A DNA stretch of 64,000 nt from positions 64,001 to 128,000 of IMG/VR virus record IMGVR_UViG_3300018089_000001. One strand, given 5' to 3'. Each line of letters opens with the position of its first letter. Position 1 is the stretch's first letter. This stretch comes from a virus. Lineage: Duplodnaviria > Caudoviricetes. A program made the translations under genes and the position numbers. Positions 34,525-44,025 of this stretch are shown here, piece by piece. The notes under the pieces were generated by a model. The model was not told where the DNA came from and did not search any database. It was given only the letters and a program-made list of their open reading frames with translations.

Positions 34525-35313
34525 TCATCCGTAGTTCGCTCCCCACGACTTCTCCCCGCGGGCGATTCCGGTCCCGAGTTTCTGCGCCAACGCGTGTACG
34601 TATTGACGGTACCTGGGCTTCGGCGCCTGGTTACCGATGCCGACGATCTGGTCGAGTCCCCTCTCGTCTAGCGCGGCGGCGGCGTACGTCTTCCCGCCCT
34701 TCATGAGGACGAACATCTGCCCGCAGGACTCCCCGCAGTTCCGCAGCGGACCTCCGAACGAATGGAACTCATCGTCCGTGACAGACTTCCACTCGAACCC
34801 ATCAGGGAATTCCATGACCGTTTTGCCTAGGGAGCTGACATCCTGACGCGCATCGAGGTCGGCCTGGGCGTCATTGACCGCTAGCTTCAGCTGAGAAGCG
34901 TCGAACTTGGGGGACGAGAGGAGCTTAAGGAGCCGGGGCGAGGCCTCGAGGAGGGAGATCGACGCGAACGGCTGCCATGGATGCGGGGTCTCTCCCCCGT
35001 GGCCCGCGCTCAGCAGCATGGAGGTGATCAGGGCATCCTCCCGGGGCATCTGGGCAAGCGTCGCCTCGAGTCTCTCCCGGTCGTACGTCATGGCAGCGGG
35101 AAGCTGCGGCTCAGGTAGCTGCGATGGATCACTCCTGAGCATCCGTTCGACCCCTCCGATCTTCGCGGAGGCGCGGACCCAGTTCGCCATCGCAAAGGCG
35201 TACTTACCCGCCTTCTCGTGGAAGTACCGCGCCCAGGCCGGGCTCATCCCAAGCAGGCGAACGATGTTGCCGCGACTGTCCTCGTTCAACCGATATAGCG
35301 AAGCCAGCCTCAA
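34525..35313 (-). CDS. PcfJ-like domain protein, possible internal head protein
   Basis: TTG 35313 just after the terminase stop; C-terminal DGFEW...LRNCG...QIVGIGNQAP..Y pattern; lower GC. Confidence 0.55.
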   Translation of the reverse strand: MRLASLYRLNEDSRGNIVRLLGMSPAWARYFHEKAGKYAFAMANWVRASAKIGGVERMLRSDPSQLPEPQLPAAMTYDRERLEATLAQMPREDALITSMLLSAGHGGETPHPWQPFASISLLEASPRLLKLLSSPKFDASQLKLAVNDAQADLDARQDVSSLGKTVMEFPDGFEWKSVTDDEFHSFGGPLRNCGESCGQMFVLMKGGKTYAAAALDERGLDQIVGIGNQAPKPRYRQYVHALAQKLGTGIARGEKSWGANYG

Positions 35314-35315
35314 CT

Positions 35316-36992
35316 TCAGGCCTTCCTGGGGGCGTAGAGGCCCATCTCGGCCAGCAGGTCGACCCTCTTCCCGTTGGAGAGGGTGAGCCTGTAGGGGTTG
35401 TTGGCGGCCGTACCGAAGACGCCGAGGGCCCGGTACGGGACGTGCTCCGGGTTCTTCGAGGCGCCGGCGATGTGGGTGTTCTTGGTCTGTCGGAGCTGCA
35501 TCGCGCCCAGCATGGCCTTGACCAGGTCGGGCGAGTTGTAGACGCTCCCGTACAGGTTGTCCCTCACCCACACGGCGAAGGCGGCGGCCATGAGGCAGTC
35601 GTCGCGCCGGCCGGAGCGGGCCTCGGGCTTCCCGTTGTGCCAGATGAACGTCTCCATCTCGGCCTTGAACCGGGGGGACCGGACCGTCATGATCCTGGAC
35701 CGGATGAGCTCCTCCAGCTTGTTCAGCATGAAGGCGCGGTTACTTCCCTGCGTGGACACGCCGTGGAGGTAATCGGGCCCCAGCGAGCCCTCGGCGGAGT
35801 TTCCAGTGGTCCCCAGGTGGTCGCCGGCCTTGGCCCCCCGCTTGGTGTAGAAGAGGTTCGGGTAGTTGGCCTCCTTGAGGTGCTCGATGACGGCCAGGCC
35901 GACCGCGTTGTTCTCGATGACGATGAGCGCGGTGTTGTACCTGTACCCAAGGGCGATCAGCTGGGCGGCGTGCTCCTTCGGCTTGAGGAGCGAGTTCAGC
36001 TCAGCGACCTGGTCCATCGTGTCGATGTCCAGGACCTGGTCGCCGGAGCGGTCGAACGATGACCCCGTCGACGAGTCCGCGCCGATGATGTACTTGCGGC
36101 CCTGGACGGCCTCCTGATAGACCTGGAGGCCCTCGTCGAGCCCGTGTTCCGGACTGACAGTCTGGGCCACCCAGGAGATCAGGTCGGCGCCGAAGAACGT
36201 GTCGCCGGAGGCGAGGAACTCGCACTCGTACTCCTGGGCCACCTCACGCGGCGACATCCCCTTGGTCTCCTTGCGGAACCAGGAGGACGTCTGCTTGCCC
36301 GTCTTCGGGTCCACCGAGAGGTCTGAGACGTGCTCGGGGTGCTCCCACCAGTTGACGTAGATGGGGTTGAAGTCGTTGGCCCCGAGGGTGGCGTCGGTGT
36401 ACGTCTTGTGGAAGACGTTCCCGACGCCGAGCGGGGTGGAAAGCATGATGATGCGTCCGCCCGCCGAGACCGTCGGCCTGATGCCGGTCCAGATCTCGTC
36501 GAAGGCCTCGATGTGGGCCGCCTCGTCGACGATCAGGAGGGAGAGGGCCTCGGAGCGGCCGGCGTCCGCGGACTTGGAGATCGACTTGACCGACGACCCG
36601 TTCGCGAGCTCGATCGAGGTCTTGTTGTCCGTCGTGATGTCGGCGATCAGGAGCCAGCGGGGGAGGCTCTTCAGGCCAGTCCTGACGCGGCGGACGACCT
36701 GCTTGGCCGTCTCGGACTTAGTCGCGAGGCAGAGGACCGTCTGGTTCGGATGGAACAGCATCAGCCAGACGACGAACGCGGAGACCAGCTCCGTGAACCC
36801 CATCTGGCGTGGCTTCAGGATGACGTTGAACCGCTTCCTGAGGAAGCAGTCCAGGGTCATGTCCTGGTACTTGAATGTCTTGAAGGGGATCAGCCCGCGA
36901 GTCGGGTGCCTGATCCTGATGTACTCGTTGATGAAGTAGACAGGATCGTGGCCGCAGCGGATGATCTCCTCCTTGACGGAGGACTTCCGCAC
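35316..36992 (-). CDS. terL: Terminase large subunit
   Basis: Walker A KPRQMGFT, Walker B LIVDEAA, STPLG, QEYECEF, nuclease GADSSTG...ENN...DDCL. Confidence 0.95.
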   Translation of the reverse strand: MRKSSVKEEIIRCGHDPVYFINEYIRIRHPTRGLIPFKTFKYQDMTLDCFLRKRFNVILKPRQMGFTELVSAFVVWLMLFHPNQTVLCLATKSETAKQVVRRVRTGLKSLPRWLLIADITTDNKTSIELANGSSVKSISKSADAGRSEALSLLIVDEAAHIEAFDEIWTGIRPTVSAGGRIIMLSTPLGVGNVFHKTYTDATLGANDFNPIYVNWWEHPEHVSDLSVDPKTGKQTSSWFRKETKGMSPREVAQEYECEFLASGDTFFGADLISWVAQTVSPEHGLDEGLQVYQEAVQGRKYIIGADSSTGSSFDRSGDQVLDIDTMDQVAELNSLLKPKEHAAQLIALGYRYNTALIVIENNAVGLAVIEHLKEANYPNLFYTKRGAKAGDHLGTTGNSAEGSLGPDYLHGVSTQGSNRAFMLNKLEELIRSRIMTVRSPRFKAEMETFIWHNGKPEARSGRRDDCLMAAAFAVWVRDNLYGSVYNSPDLVKAMLGAMQLRQTKNTHIAGASKNPEHVPYRALGVFGTAANNPYRLTLSNGKRVDLLAEMGLYAPRKA

Positions 36993-36994
36993 GG

Positions 36995-37414
36995 TCAGTC
37001 CTTCGGCACCGAGACCAGCTCGACCTCGTAGGTCCGACGGACCACGAGCTCCCACCGGTCATTCAGCGAGGCCTTCTGGAGGTCGTAGCCGCGGGACCCC
37101 TTGACCTCCTTGAGGTCGAGCGTGCCCGCGCCGATCTCCCTGTGGCGCCTCTTGAGACCGGACACGAAGCGGTCCATGGCCTTATTCGCCGCGTCCACGT
37201 AGTTGGCCCGACGCTGCGGGTCACCGAGCGCCTGGTCGTGGCAGTGGCAATAGATCGTGACCGAGTTCCCGTTGGTCCGCTTCGTGAAGTTGCGGCTCGG
37301 GACGCGAGTCACGTAGTCACGAAAGCACTGCTCGAGGGCCGCGATAGCGTCCTCGTGCTGGAGATACTGCTTCCCGGCGACGTCGAAACCTTGCTGCAGC
37401 TTTGGCTTTGGCAT
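36995..37414 (-). CDS. Hypothetical protein (139 aa)
   Basis: ORF directly upstream of terL, preceded by a TAnnTA motif. Confidence 0.6.
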   Translation of the reverse strand: MPKPKLQQGFDVAGKQYLQHEDAIAALEQCFRDYVTRVPSRNFTKRTNGNSVTIYCHCHDQALGDPQRRANYVDAANKAMDRFVSGLKRRHREIGAGTLDLKEVKGSRGYDLQKASLNDRWELVVRRTYEVELVSVPKD

Positions 37415-37454
37415 TCCCTATTCACCCCGTGGGGGGTAAGTAGGGGGCCCGGAG

Positions 37455-37685
37455 TCACCTGTTCATCTTACCGAGGAAACGCCGCATGTCGTCCTCGCTG
37501 GGCCTCCAGCCGGACTCCCACCGCTCCTCCCGGTGCTCGATGAACTCTATGAAGCACTGGAGGCAAACCTTCCATCGGTAATAGGACTTGGAGTCGTCCC
37601 GCATCACCAGGTCGCACTGCGGACACCACAGGGGTACGCGGAGCGATTCCCTCTCATTCTCATCCATCGTCATTTCACCGTCCAA
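37455..37685 (-). CDS. Small Zn-finger protein
   Basis: CPQC...CLQC...WESGWRP. Confidence 0.65.
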   Translation of the reverse strand: MDGEMTMDENERESLRVPLWCPQCDLVMRDDSKSYYRWKVCLQCFIEFIEHREERWESGWRPSEDDMRRFLGKMNR

Positions 37686-37960
37686 AAGCTGAAGCGCTCG
37701 CGGCGGGTCCAGTCAGACCGAAGCCTCCTGAGGGTCAGGTCGAGGACGCAGACCCCGTCCGGGGTCGCGGAGTCAGTCTTAAAGCCGACCGTCAGCTTCG
37801 TACCCCACCTCTTCAGACTAACGGGGACGGGGGCGCCGTCTGCGTCCCTGAGCTCGGCTGAGACGAGGTCGATAGATGGGGACTCGCTCGGATCGATCAG
37901 CAGCTTCACCGAGTGCTCCCCCGGATGGTGGTAGATCTCCCGGAGCGTCACCGGGGTCAC
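37670..37960 (-). CDS. Hypothetical protein (96 aa)
   Basis: SD GAGGGG before GTG 37960; beta-strand pattern. Confidence 0.5.
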   Translation of the reverse strand: MTPVTLREIYHHPGEHSVKLLIDPSESPSIDLVSAELRDADGAPVPVSLKRWGTKLTVGFKTDSATPDGVCVLDLTLRRLRSDWTRRERFSFWTVK

Positions 37961-37968
37961 GATTCCCC

Positions 37969-38748
37969 TCAAGGCGCTAGCCTGACCCCGAGGGCCACGC
38001 CGCACGCGTGCCCGTCGGACCAGATCTGACACTGCGGGCCCAGGGAGAACCTGTCGCCGCGGTATTCGAGGCCGACCGAGGCCGCCGTCCCCCCGAGCAC
38101 TCCGAGCCCACCCGTCATCCAGACACGCTGGTACCAACGGGGAAGGATGACCCCCGGATCGACGGCCCCGAGGGACACGTCGACCGCGACGTCCGGGTCA
38201 GACGACGAGACGTGGGAGAGCCACCTGCCAGTCGGATCACGTGACACGGCGAGGGTCAGGCTGAGGGGTCTGCCCTGGGAAACCGTGACGAAGCCCGCCG
38301 CGGGATCCGTGAGGGTGTACCCAGACACGAGGAACGGCCCGAAGTCATGCCTGAAGTCGACCCGCTTCCTCACGACAGGAGGACCCGTGGCCGGCGTTGG
38401 GAGGTCCGTCTGGGTCGCCTCCGTCGGGGCCTGCTTCGGCAGCCACTTCACGGTCACCCTCTCTGTCGTGAGCACCCGTGCCTTGGCGGCGTCAAGGGCC
38501 CTGAGCAGGTCGGCATTCTCCGACTCCCTGAGCTCGAGGAGCTTCCTGGCGTCGGTGGCCTGGACGAGGGTGGTCTGGTAGAGCCCGTCCTTCAGCCTGA
38601 CCGTCTTCTCGCTCTGGGTCAGGGACTGGGCCAGCTGCTCGACCTGTCCGTTCCGTGAACGCTGGCCGCAGCTATACCCCAGGGTCCCGACGAACACGGC
38701 GGCGGTACAGAGGACCAGGCCGACGACGATCCTTCGAAATTGCGTCAA
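37969..38748 (-). CDS. Spanin-like membrane protein
   Basis: N-terminal TM followed by Cys, a coiled coil, and C-terminal amphipathic beta strands. Confidence 0.5.
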   Translation of the reverse strand: MTQFRRIVVGLVLCTAAVFVGTLGYSCGQRSRNGQVEQLAQSLTQSEKTVRLKDGLYQTTLVQATDARKLLELRESENADLLRALDAAKARVLTTERVTVKWLPKQAPTEATQTDLPTPATGPPVVRKRVDFRHDFGPFLVSGYTLTDPAAGFVTVSQGRPLSLTLAVSRDPTGRWLSHVSSSDPDVAVDVSLGAVDPGVILPRWYQRVWMTGGLGVLGGTAASVGLEYRGDRFSLGPQCQIWSDGHACGVALGVRLAP

Positions 38749-41700
38749 GAGGCCTCCACGTGGGCGTACCCGTCCCGTCCTGTGATCTCAATGCTATGGT
38801 CCACAATGTCCCTCATGAAGTCCACGTGCGATATGATGAAGACCGTCCCAAAGGCCCCCCTTAGGTATTCGAACATCCGCTGTAGAGACTCGAGGTGCTC
38901 CGGGTCGAGCTTCCCGAACCCCTCGTCCACGATGAGCATGTCGGTCTTCGGGAGCGAGGTCACGCTGAGCAGGGCGACCCGCACGGCCAGGGAGGCGATG
39001 AACTTCTCGGCCCCTGATCCCAGCGAGAGGGGACGGCTCCGGTAGTCGCCGTACCGGATGTAGAGGCTCACGGACTGCTCCTCGGGATCGTCCTCGAAGA
39101 ACACCCCGAAGCCGACCACACCGGCCAGGATCTTGGCGATCTCGGCGTTGATCAGCGGGAGGACCAGGCCGAGGATCCTGTACGGGAGGCCGTTCTTCCC
39201 ACACAGCTCGACGAGCTCCTCGAGCTCTCGGACGGAGTGCCTGACCTCGTCGTACTCCTTGAGCTCGCGTTCGGCCGCCTCGAGTTGCCCCCTGGCCGAG
39301 CCGAGTCGTATCAGGAGCGCCTCGAGCTCAGTCCGCAGGGAGGCCAGCCGCGCCTCGGCGGACCTCTTCCTGTCTGTGAGCGTCCTCAGCGTCCCGGAGC
39401 TCTTCGGGTCGACGCTGCGCTCGAGCGCCTCGACCGCGTCCCTCTCACGCTGCCATGAGCCGACGCACTCCCCGTGTTCCGACACGCATGCGAGGACACG
39501 CTCGCGGGCGAAGGCCAGCTGCTGGTGCGTCTCGGCCAGGGAGACCCGCCACGACTCGAATCCGTCCCTCATCCGCCGATTCTCATCGAGCTGCCTCTGC
39601 GCGGCCTCGTGGGAGGCCAACTCCGCCGCGAGGGCGGCGATGCTGCGGTCCAGCTCCGCGAGTCCCTGCTTGAACCGGTAGGCGCCCGTGATGAACTGGC
39701 AGTGAGGATACGAGTCACCGCAGGGGACCTGGTCGAGGATCGGCAGGGCCTTCGCCCCGGCCTTCCTCTCCCCCCGCAGCTGGTTCAGCGACTTCGCGGT
39801 GGAGGCGGCCGCGGTCCTCACGCTGGCCGCCCTCTCCGGCTCCTCCGGAGCCGGCTCGGGGGGCCTCTTGAGTTCGAGGCCGAGGACCTCCGCCTCGAGG
39901 TCCTCCACGCGGTCCTCGGCCTTGATCAGCTTGGCCTCGGCGGCGGACAAGGCGGTCTCACTCACGCGCAGCTTCCGCCGCGCGGCCTCCAGGCCGTCGA
40001 TCGCGTGCTGGGCCGCCTGCATACCTCCGATCTCCACGCGGACCTGCTCGAGGGCCAGATCGACGCCGGAGATCTCCGCGTCCTTCGCCGCGCGCTCGAG
40101 GGCTATCTGGGTAAGCCGGGCGATGGCGGCGTCGACAGCAGCGATGAGCTGGTCCCTGTCGCCCTTGAGGCGTGCCATGGCCTGTTTCAGGTCGTCACGG
40201 GCCAGGACGGCCACGCGCTCGTAGACGTCCAGATCAAGGATCCTGAAGAGGATCTTCCGCCTGTCGGTCTCCTTGCAGTTAATCAGGTCCGCGCCGCCAG
40301 GCAGGCCAAACACGGGATTCTGGGCCACCATCGCGGTGAGGGCGAAGTCCTCGAAGCTCCCGATGACAGCCCTCACCGCGCGTTCTGTCTCTGGGCGCGT
40401 CGTCCCGTTCAGGGACTCCCCCTCGCACGAGAAGTCCAGGGACGTCCGGCCCCACTGTCTCGTCTCGGCCAGCCTCCTCTGCCCGTATTGGATCCGCTCG
40501 ATGGACCGCTCGATGTGGAACTGTCGTCCGCCTGACTCGAACCAGATGCGCATCTCTCCCCGGTCCTTATTGTCGTTGACGAGATCGATGTTCCTGGGGA
40601 CGTCCTTCGTGATCCTATCGAAGAGCCCCTGCATCAGGACGTCGAAGATCGAGGACTTGCCGGAGGCGTTCGGAGCGAAGATGCCGACCAGCCCGCGGAG
40701 GTCGGTCATGTCGACGTGATTCCCGGGACCGTAGTTGAGCATGTCGTCCCACTCGAACCGAAGGAGACGCCAGGTGGTGCCGCGGGAGACCGCGTCGGGA
40801 TCGAGGGTGGACTCGTACCCGTGGAAAAGGGTGATCACCGACTCGGGATCCTGGACTCCCCGCTCCCGTAGATGCTCCAGCATCAGCTTGTCCCGTGAGC
40901 CGACCAGCGAGTCGACGTCGGGCGCCTCCATGCGCACCCTCTCCCCCGCTGAGTCCGGGATGATGACCTCGATGGGATCGTACTGCTCGCGGACGGCCCG
41001 CTCGATGCCGAGTCGCTGGGACGGGGAAAGCTCGCCAGGGACTAACGCCTTGATTCTAGAGCCGGAGGGGATGTCCCTGGGCAGGAGCGCGAATGTGTCT
41101 GACTGGGCCGCAATGGGGACATGGATCGTGTAGAACCTCCGTGGAGCCCGGACCTCATGGAACTCCACACGGAAGTCGTCCTTCCCCCGGATGTCCCAGA
41201 GCAGGAAGCCCTTGACGAGCTCCTCCCCGTAGTTCTGCTGGATCAGCGACCCGGGGTACTGGACCCGGCCGCCCCTGAACGACTGGCGCTTGTGGATGTC
41301 CCCGAGAAGGACGAAGTCCATGCCCTCGAACCTGTCGAGGTCGACCTCCCCCTCCTCCATCACGAAGCCCTGGTCCGTGACGCACCCGGAGATCGACCCG
41401 TGGAACAGCCCGATGTTGATCCGCTCGGGATCGATCCGGAACTGCGAGGGGTCCCGCTTGCCCCTGATGTCGTAGTGCCAGATGTCCTTGCTGGCCTCGT
41501 CGGAGCCCCTCTCCCACCAGTAGGAGCAATTCGGCCCCCACCCAGGTCCGTCGTCAAGCAACACGACCTCGTTCGCCGTCCTGCCGCGGATGGCCCGAAC
41601 GATCGGGGAGATCGCGTCGGTGCGGCCGGGGTTCCTGAGGTTCAGGTCATGGTTGCCCAGGATGACCCAGTAGGGAGCGATGCTCGACACCGCGAGCATG

Positions 41701-41888
41701 TGCTCCGCGACGTCGTCGAAGAGCTCGGGCGAGACCGCCAGCTTGCTGTGGACCGTGTCCCCGGTGTTGACCACCAGGTCAGGCTGGAGGTCGCGCAGCT
41801 GCCGGTACAGGTCCTCGAAGGCCGCCCGGTACTCGTCCCGGTACTTGAAGTTCCGGATGTGGATGTCGGAGACATGGGCGATCCTCAT
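38745..41888 (-). CDS. Fused SbcD-SbcC (Mre11-Rad50, gp47-gp46) nuclease-ATPase
   Basis: SDIH, GD, GNHD, GDIH metallophosphoesterase; APNASGKSS Walker A; coiled coil with CGDSYPHC; LGSGAE; IVDEGFG; ISH. Confidence 0.92.
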   Translation of the reverse strand: MRIAHVSDIHIRNFKYRDEYRAAFEDLYRQLRDLQPDLVVNTGDTVHSKLAVSPELFDDVAEHMLAVSSIAPYWVILGNHDLNLRNPGRTDAISPIVRAIRGRTANEVVLLDDGPGWGPNCSYWWERGSDEASKDIWHYDIRGKRDPSQFRIDPERINIGLFHGSISGCVTDQGFVMEEGEVDLDRFEGMDFVLLGDIHKRQSFRGGRVQYPGSLIQQNYGEELVKGFLLWDIRGKDDFRVEFHEVRAPRRFYTIHVPIAAQSDTFALLPRDIPSGSRIKALVPGELSPSQRLGIERAVREQYDPIEVIIPDSAGERVRMEAPDVDSLVGSRDKLMLEHLRERGVQDPESVITLFHGYESTLDPDAVSRGTTWRLLRFEWDDMLNYGPGNHVDMTDLRGLVGIFAPNASGKSSIFDVLMQGLFDRITKDVPRNIDLVNDNKDRGEMRIWFESGGRQFHIERSIERIQYGQRRLAETRQWGRTSLDFSCEGESLNGTTRPETERAVRAVIGSFEDFALTAMVAQNPVFGLPGGADLINCKETDRRKILFRILDLDVYERVAVLARDDLKQAMARLKGDRDQLIAAVDAAIARLTQIALERAAKDAEISGVDLALEQVRVEIGGMQAAQHAIDGLEAARRKLRVSETALSAAEAKLIKAEDRVEDLEAEVLGLELKRPPEPAPEEPERAASVRTAAASTAKSLNQLRGERKAGAKALPILDQVPCGDSYPHCQFITGAYRFKQGLAELDRSIAALAAELASHEAAQRQLDENRRMRDGFESWRVSLAETHQQLAFARERVLACVSEHGECVGSWQRERDAVEALERSVDPKSSGTLRTLTDRKRSAEARLASLRTELEALLIRLGSARGQLEAAERELKEYDEVRHSVRELEELVELCGKNGLPYRILGLVLPLINAEIAKILAGVVGFGVFFEDDPEEQSVSLYIRYGDYRSRPLSLGSGAEKFIASLAVRVALLSVTSLPKTDMLIVDEGFGKLDPEHLESLQRMFEYLRGAFGTVFIISHVDFMRDIVDHSIEITGRDGYAHVEAS

Positions 41889-42376
41889 CCGCATCCCTTC
41901 GAGCACTCGATGGTCGTGAATCCGATGTACGCGGGGTCACCGCAGCGGGGGCAGGTGTGCGGGAACCTCGACAGGTCCAGCTGCGGGGATCCCCACGCGT
42001 CCAGCCACTCCTGCATCGTACGGGGCCGAGACACTGGGCTCTGCTCGGGAGCGCCGCCCAGGATCCTCGATCCACGCATGGCGTAGTCACCGCCAGCCAG
42101 CTTCTTCACCGCCATGAGGTGCAGTATTCCGGGCAGCCCAAGAAGCTCGACCATCCTCTCGTAGCTTTGGGTGATGACCGTCTTCCCGAGGATCGACACG
42201 GAGGAGACCGCGCCGCCATCATTGTAGAAGTGGAGGCCCGCTGGGAGGCTCATCGGAACGAACCTGAGCGGGGACCCACCCACCTCGATCGTCGTGAGGT
42301 CTATGAACGTGCCTTCCGGGGCTCGCCCCCGCAGGCAGGTCGCTCCGAACCTGTCAAATTCGACCCTCACCGACAC
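41885..42376 (-). CDS. Hypothetical with C-terminal Zn ribbon
   Basis: FPHTCPRCGDPAYIGFTTIECSKGC. Confidence 0.6.
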   Translation of the reverse strand: MSVRVEFDRFGATCLRGRAPEGTFIDLTTIEVGGSPLRFVPMSLPAGLHFYNDGGAVSSVSILGKTVITQSYERMVELLGLPGILHLMAVKKLAGGDYAMRGSRILGGAPEQSPVSRPRTMQEWLDAWGSPQLDLSRFPHTCPRCGDPAYIGFTTIECSKGCG

Positions 42377-42561
42377 CCCGCGGAGCAGTCCACGTCGCTC
42401 AGGCCGACGTATGCCGGCTCCCCGCAGCGGGGACAGCTGTGGGGGTACCGCTGCCGATCCACCCGCTTCGGCAGGAAGTAATCATCCGGAGCCGAGAGGG
42501 CCTCACGCAGCAATTTCTGCATGTACCTGACGTCCTCCTGGTCGTCAGACAGGGGGCTCAC
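42367..42561 (-). CDS. Small Zn-ribbon protein
   Basis: YPHSCPRCGEPAYVGLSDVDCSAGC. Confidence 0.6.
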   Translation of the reverse strand: MSPLSDDQEDVRYMQKLLREALSAPDDYFLPKRVDRQRYPHSCPRCGEPAYVGLSDVDCSAGCR

Positions 42562-43493
42562 AGGCGCGCCCCCACCAGGCTCGCGGAGCCCGTCACGAGC
42601 AACGCGGACGCGGCGGCGTTGGCCACGGCGCTCGCTCCGGCAACGGCGGGGTCCTTCTCACCCAGCCTCACCATGGCACACGGTAGGTCGTACGACATCA
42701 GCCTTCCGATCAGGTCCCAGGCCTCGGCCTCCGCGTCGTCGTCCAGGCAGACGTTGACCCGCGGGGGCCTCCTCTCAACTAGCCGCAGCGCCAGCTGCGG
42801 CGACATGAACTTCCCATACAGGGCGATCCCCTGGGGACCCACGGCCACCTCGTCGAAGATCCCCTCCACGAGGTAGACCGGTCGGGTCCAGTCGACGAGG
42901 TGCTCGTTGGACACCACGTCCTTCGACGCGAGGGGCAGGCGATACCGCAGGCCCTCCCTCTCATCGACCGCCCGGGCCGACCAGAAGTTGACCAGGCCCG
43001 CCGCGTCGAAGGAGGGGACCACCACCCTTCCCCGCAGGGGACCATCGTCCACATAGCCCATCCTGTAGAGTTCCACGGAGTGATCGGTGACACCCCGCCG
43101 GCGAAGGTAGGTGAGGTATGGGGCCTCACCGACGTCACCTCTCAGACGAAAGGGACGGTAGCCCTCGGGGAGGGCGGTGCAACGGGGCCGGACGTCGACG
43201 ACGCAGCGGGGCCGCGGACCGGCCGGCCTCGACTCGAGGTACTCCCGCAGCTCCGCGGAGCCCGGGACCATGAGGGGAGCGAGCGAGCGCCCACCGAAGC
43301 CGCAGTGCCAGCAGTGGAACCGGTCCCCGTCCGGGCTCACCCAGAGTCGGACCTTGCCCTCGGGGGCGCTGCTACACCCACCCGACCCGGGCTTGCCGGG
43401 GCAGATGAAGCCGTACTCACCCTTCCGCTGGGCCTTCTGTCTTATCGCGCCGAGGCGGGCGGCCACGGCGCGCAGCTTTCTCTCCCTGTCCAA
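42558..43493 (-). CDS. dnaG: DNA primase (Zn finger + TOPRIM)
   Basis: CP...FHCWHC, YLRRRG, GRVVVP, LVEGIFD, CLDDDA, KDP. Confidence 0.9.
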   Translation of the reverse strand: MDRERKLRAVAARLGAIRQKAQRKGEYGFICPGKPGSGGCSSAPEGKVRLWVSPDGDRFHCWHCGFGGRSLAPLMVPGSAELREYLESRPAGPRPRCVVDVRPRCTALPEGYRPFRLRGDVGEAPYLTYLRRRGVTDHSVELYRMGYVDDGPLRGRVVVPSFDAAGLVNFWSARAVDEREGLRYRLPLASKDVVSNEHLVDWTRPVYLVEGIFDEVAVGPQGIALYGKFMSPQLALRLVERRPPRVNVCLDDDAEAEAWDLIGRLMSYDLPCAMVRLGEKDPAVAGASAVANAAASALLVTGSASLVGARL

Positions 43494-44025
43494 GAGTCGC
43501 CTCCCCCCGTAGGAGCTTCAGGCCCGCCTCGGCGAGGAGCCAGGCGTCGGCCATGTCATCGACACCCCTCACGGGATTTCCGGCTCTCGTCTCCGCGTAG
43601 GGAAACGTCGGCTCCGATGACCTGGCCAATCCTACCACAACCGCCTTCTTGTCACCGCCCTTGGGGACGCGGACACCGACGATGCGCTTGGCGCTGATGG
43701 GTGGGACGTGGGTCACCTCACCGTGTCCAAAGAGGACGAATGAGACGACGGCATTCATGGCCGCCAGGGACATCAGGGTCTGCCGTGTGGTCAGGCCGCC
43801 GGTGAAGCCACCGAGGCGGTCCTCGACGAAGTGCCGGATGTCGTATGCGACGTAAACCCGAGACATCCGCTTACAGAACTCGTCGACCTGCCGGGCCGCC
43901 GAGATCTGCTTGAGATGCTGCGTCGCCCCCTCCGGGTAGATGACCCCGAACTCCAGGGTCCTTCCGGCACCGTCCTTGACGCAGATCCCGATGGCGCTCG
44001 TCGAGACGTCCCACCCGATGATCAA
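43417..44025 (-). CDS. RuvC-like Holliday junction resolvase
   Basis: IIGWDVSTSAIG, FVED, DMADAW catalytic acids; TTGA coupling. Confidence 0.8.
   Translation of the reverse strand: MIIGWDVSTSAIGICVKDGAGRTLEFGVIYPEGATQHLKQISAARQVDEFCKRMSRVYVAYDIRHFVEDRLGGFTGGLTTRQTLMSLAAMNAVVSFVLFGHGEVTHVPPISAKRIVGVRVPKGGDKKAVVVGLARSSEPTFPYAETRAGNPVRGVDDMADAWLLAEAGLKLLRGEATLGQGEKAARRGRPPRRDKTEGPAEG

Noticed and set aside
4384-34671. Long plus-strand ORFs (e.g. 4384-6300, 8026-9552, 25535-26905, 32554-34671)
   Set aside because: Antisense shadows of well-supported minus-strand genes in high-GC DNA; no recognisable motifs.
35316-43493. Inteins in terminase, SbcCD or primase
   Set aside because: Motif spacing is normal and I saw no intein splice-junction or LAGLIDADG blocks.
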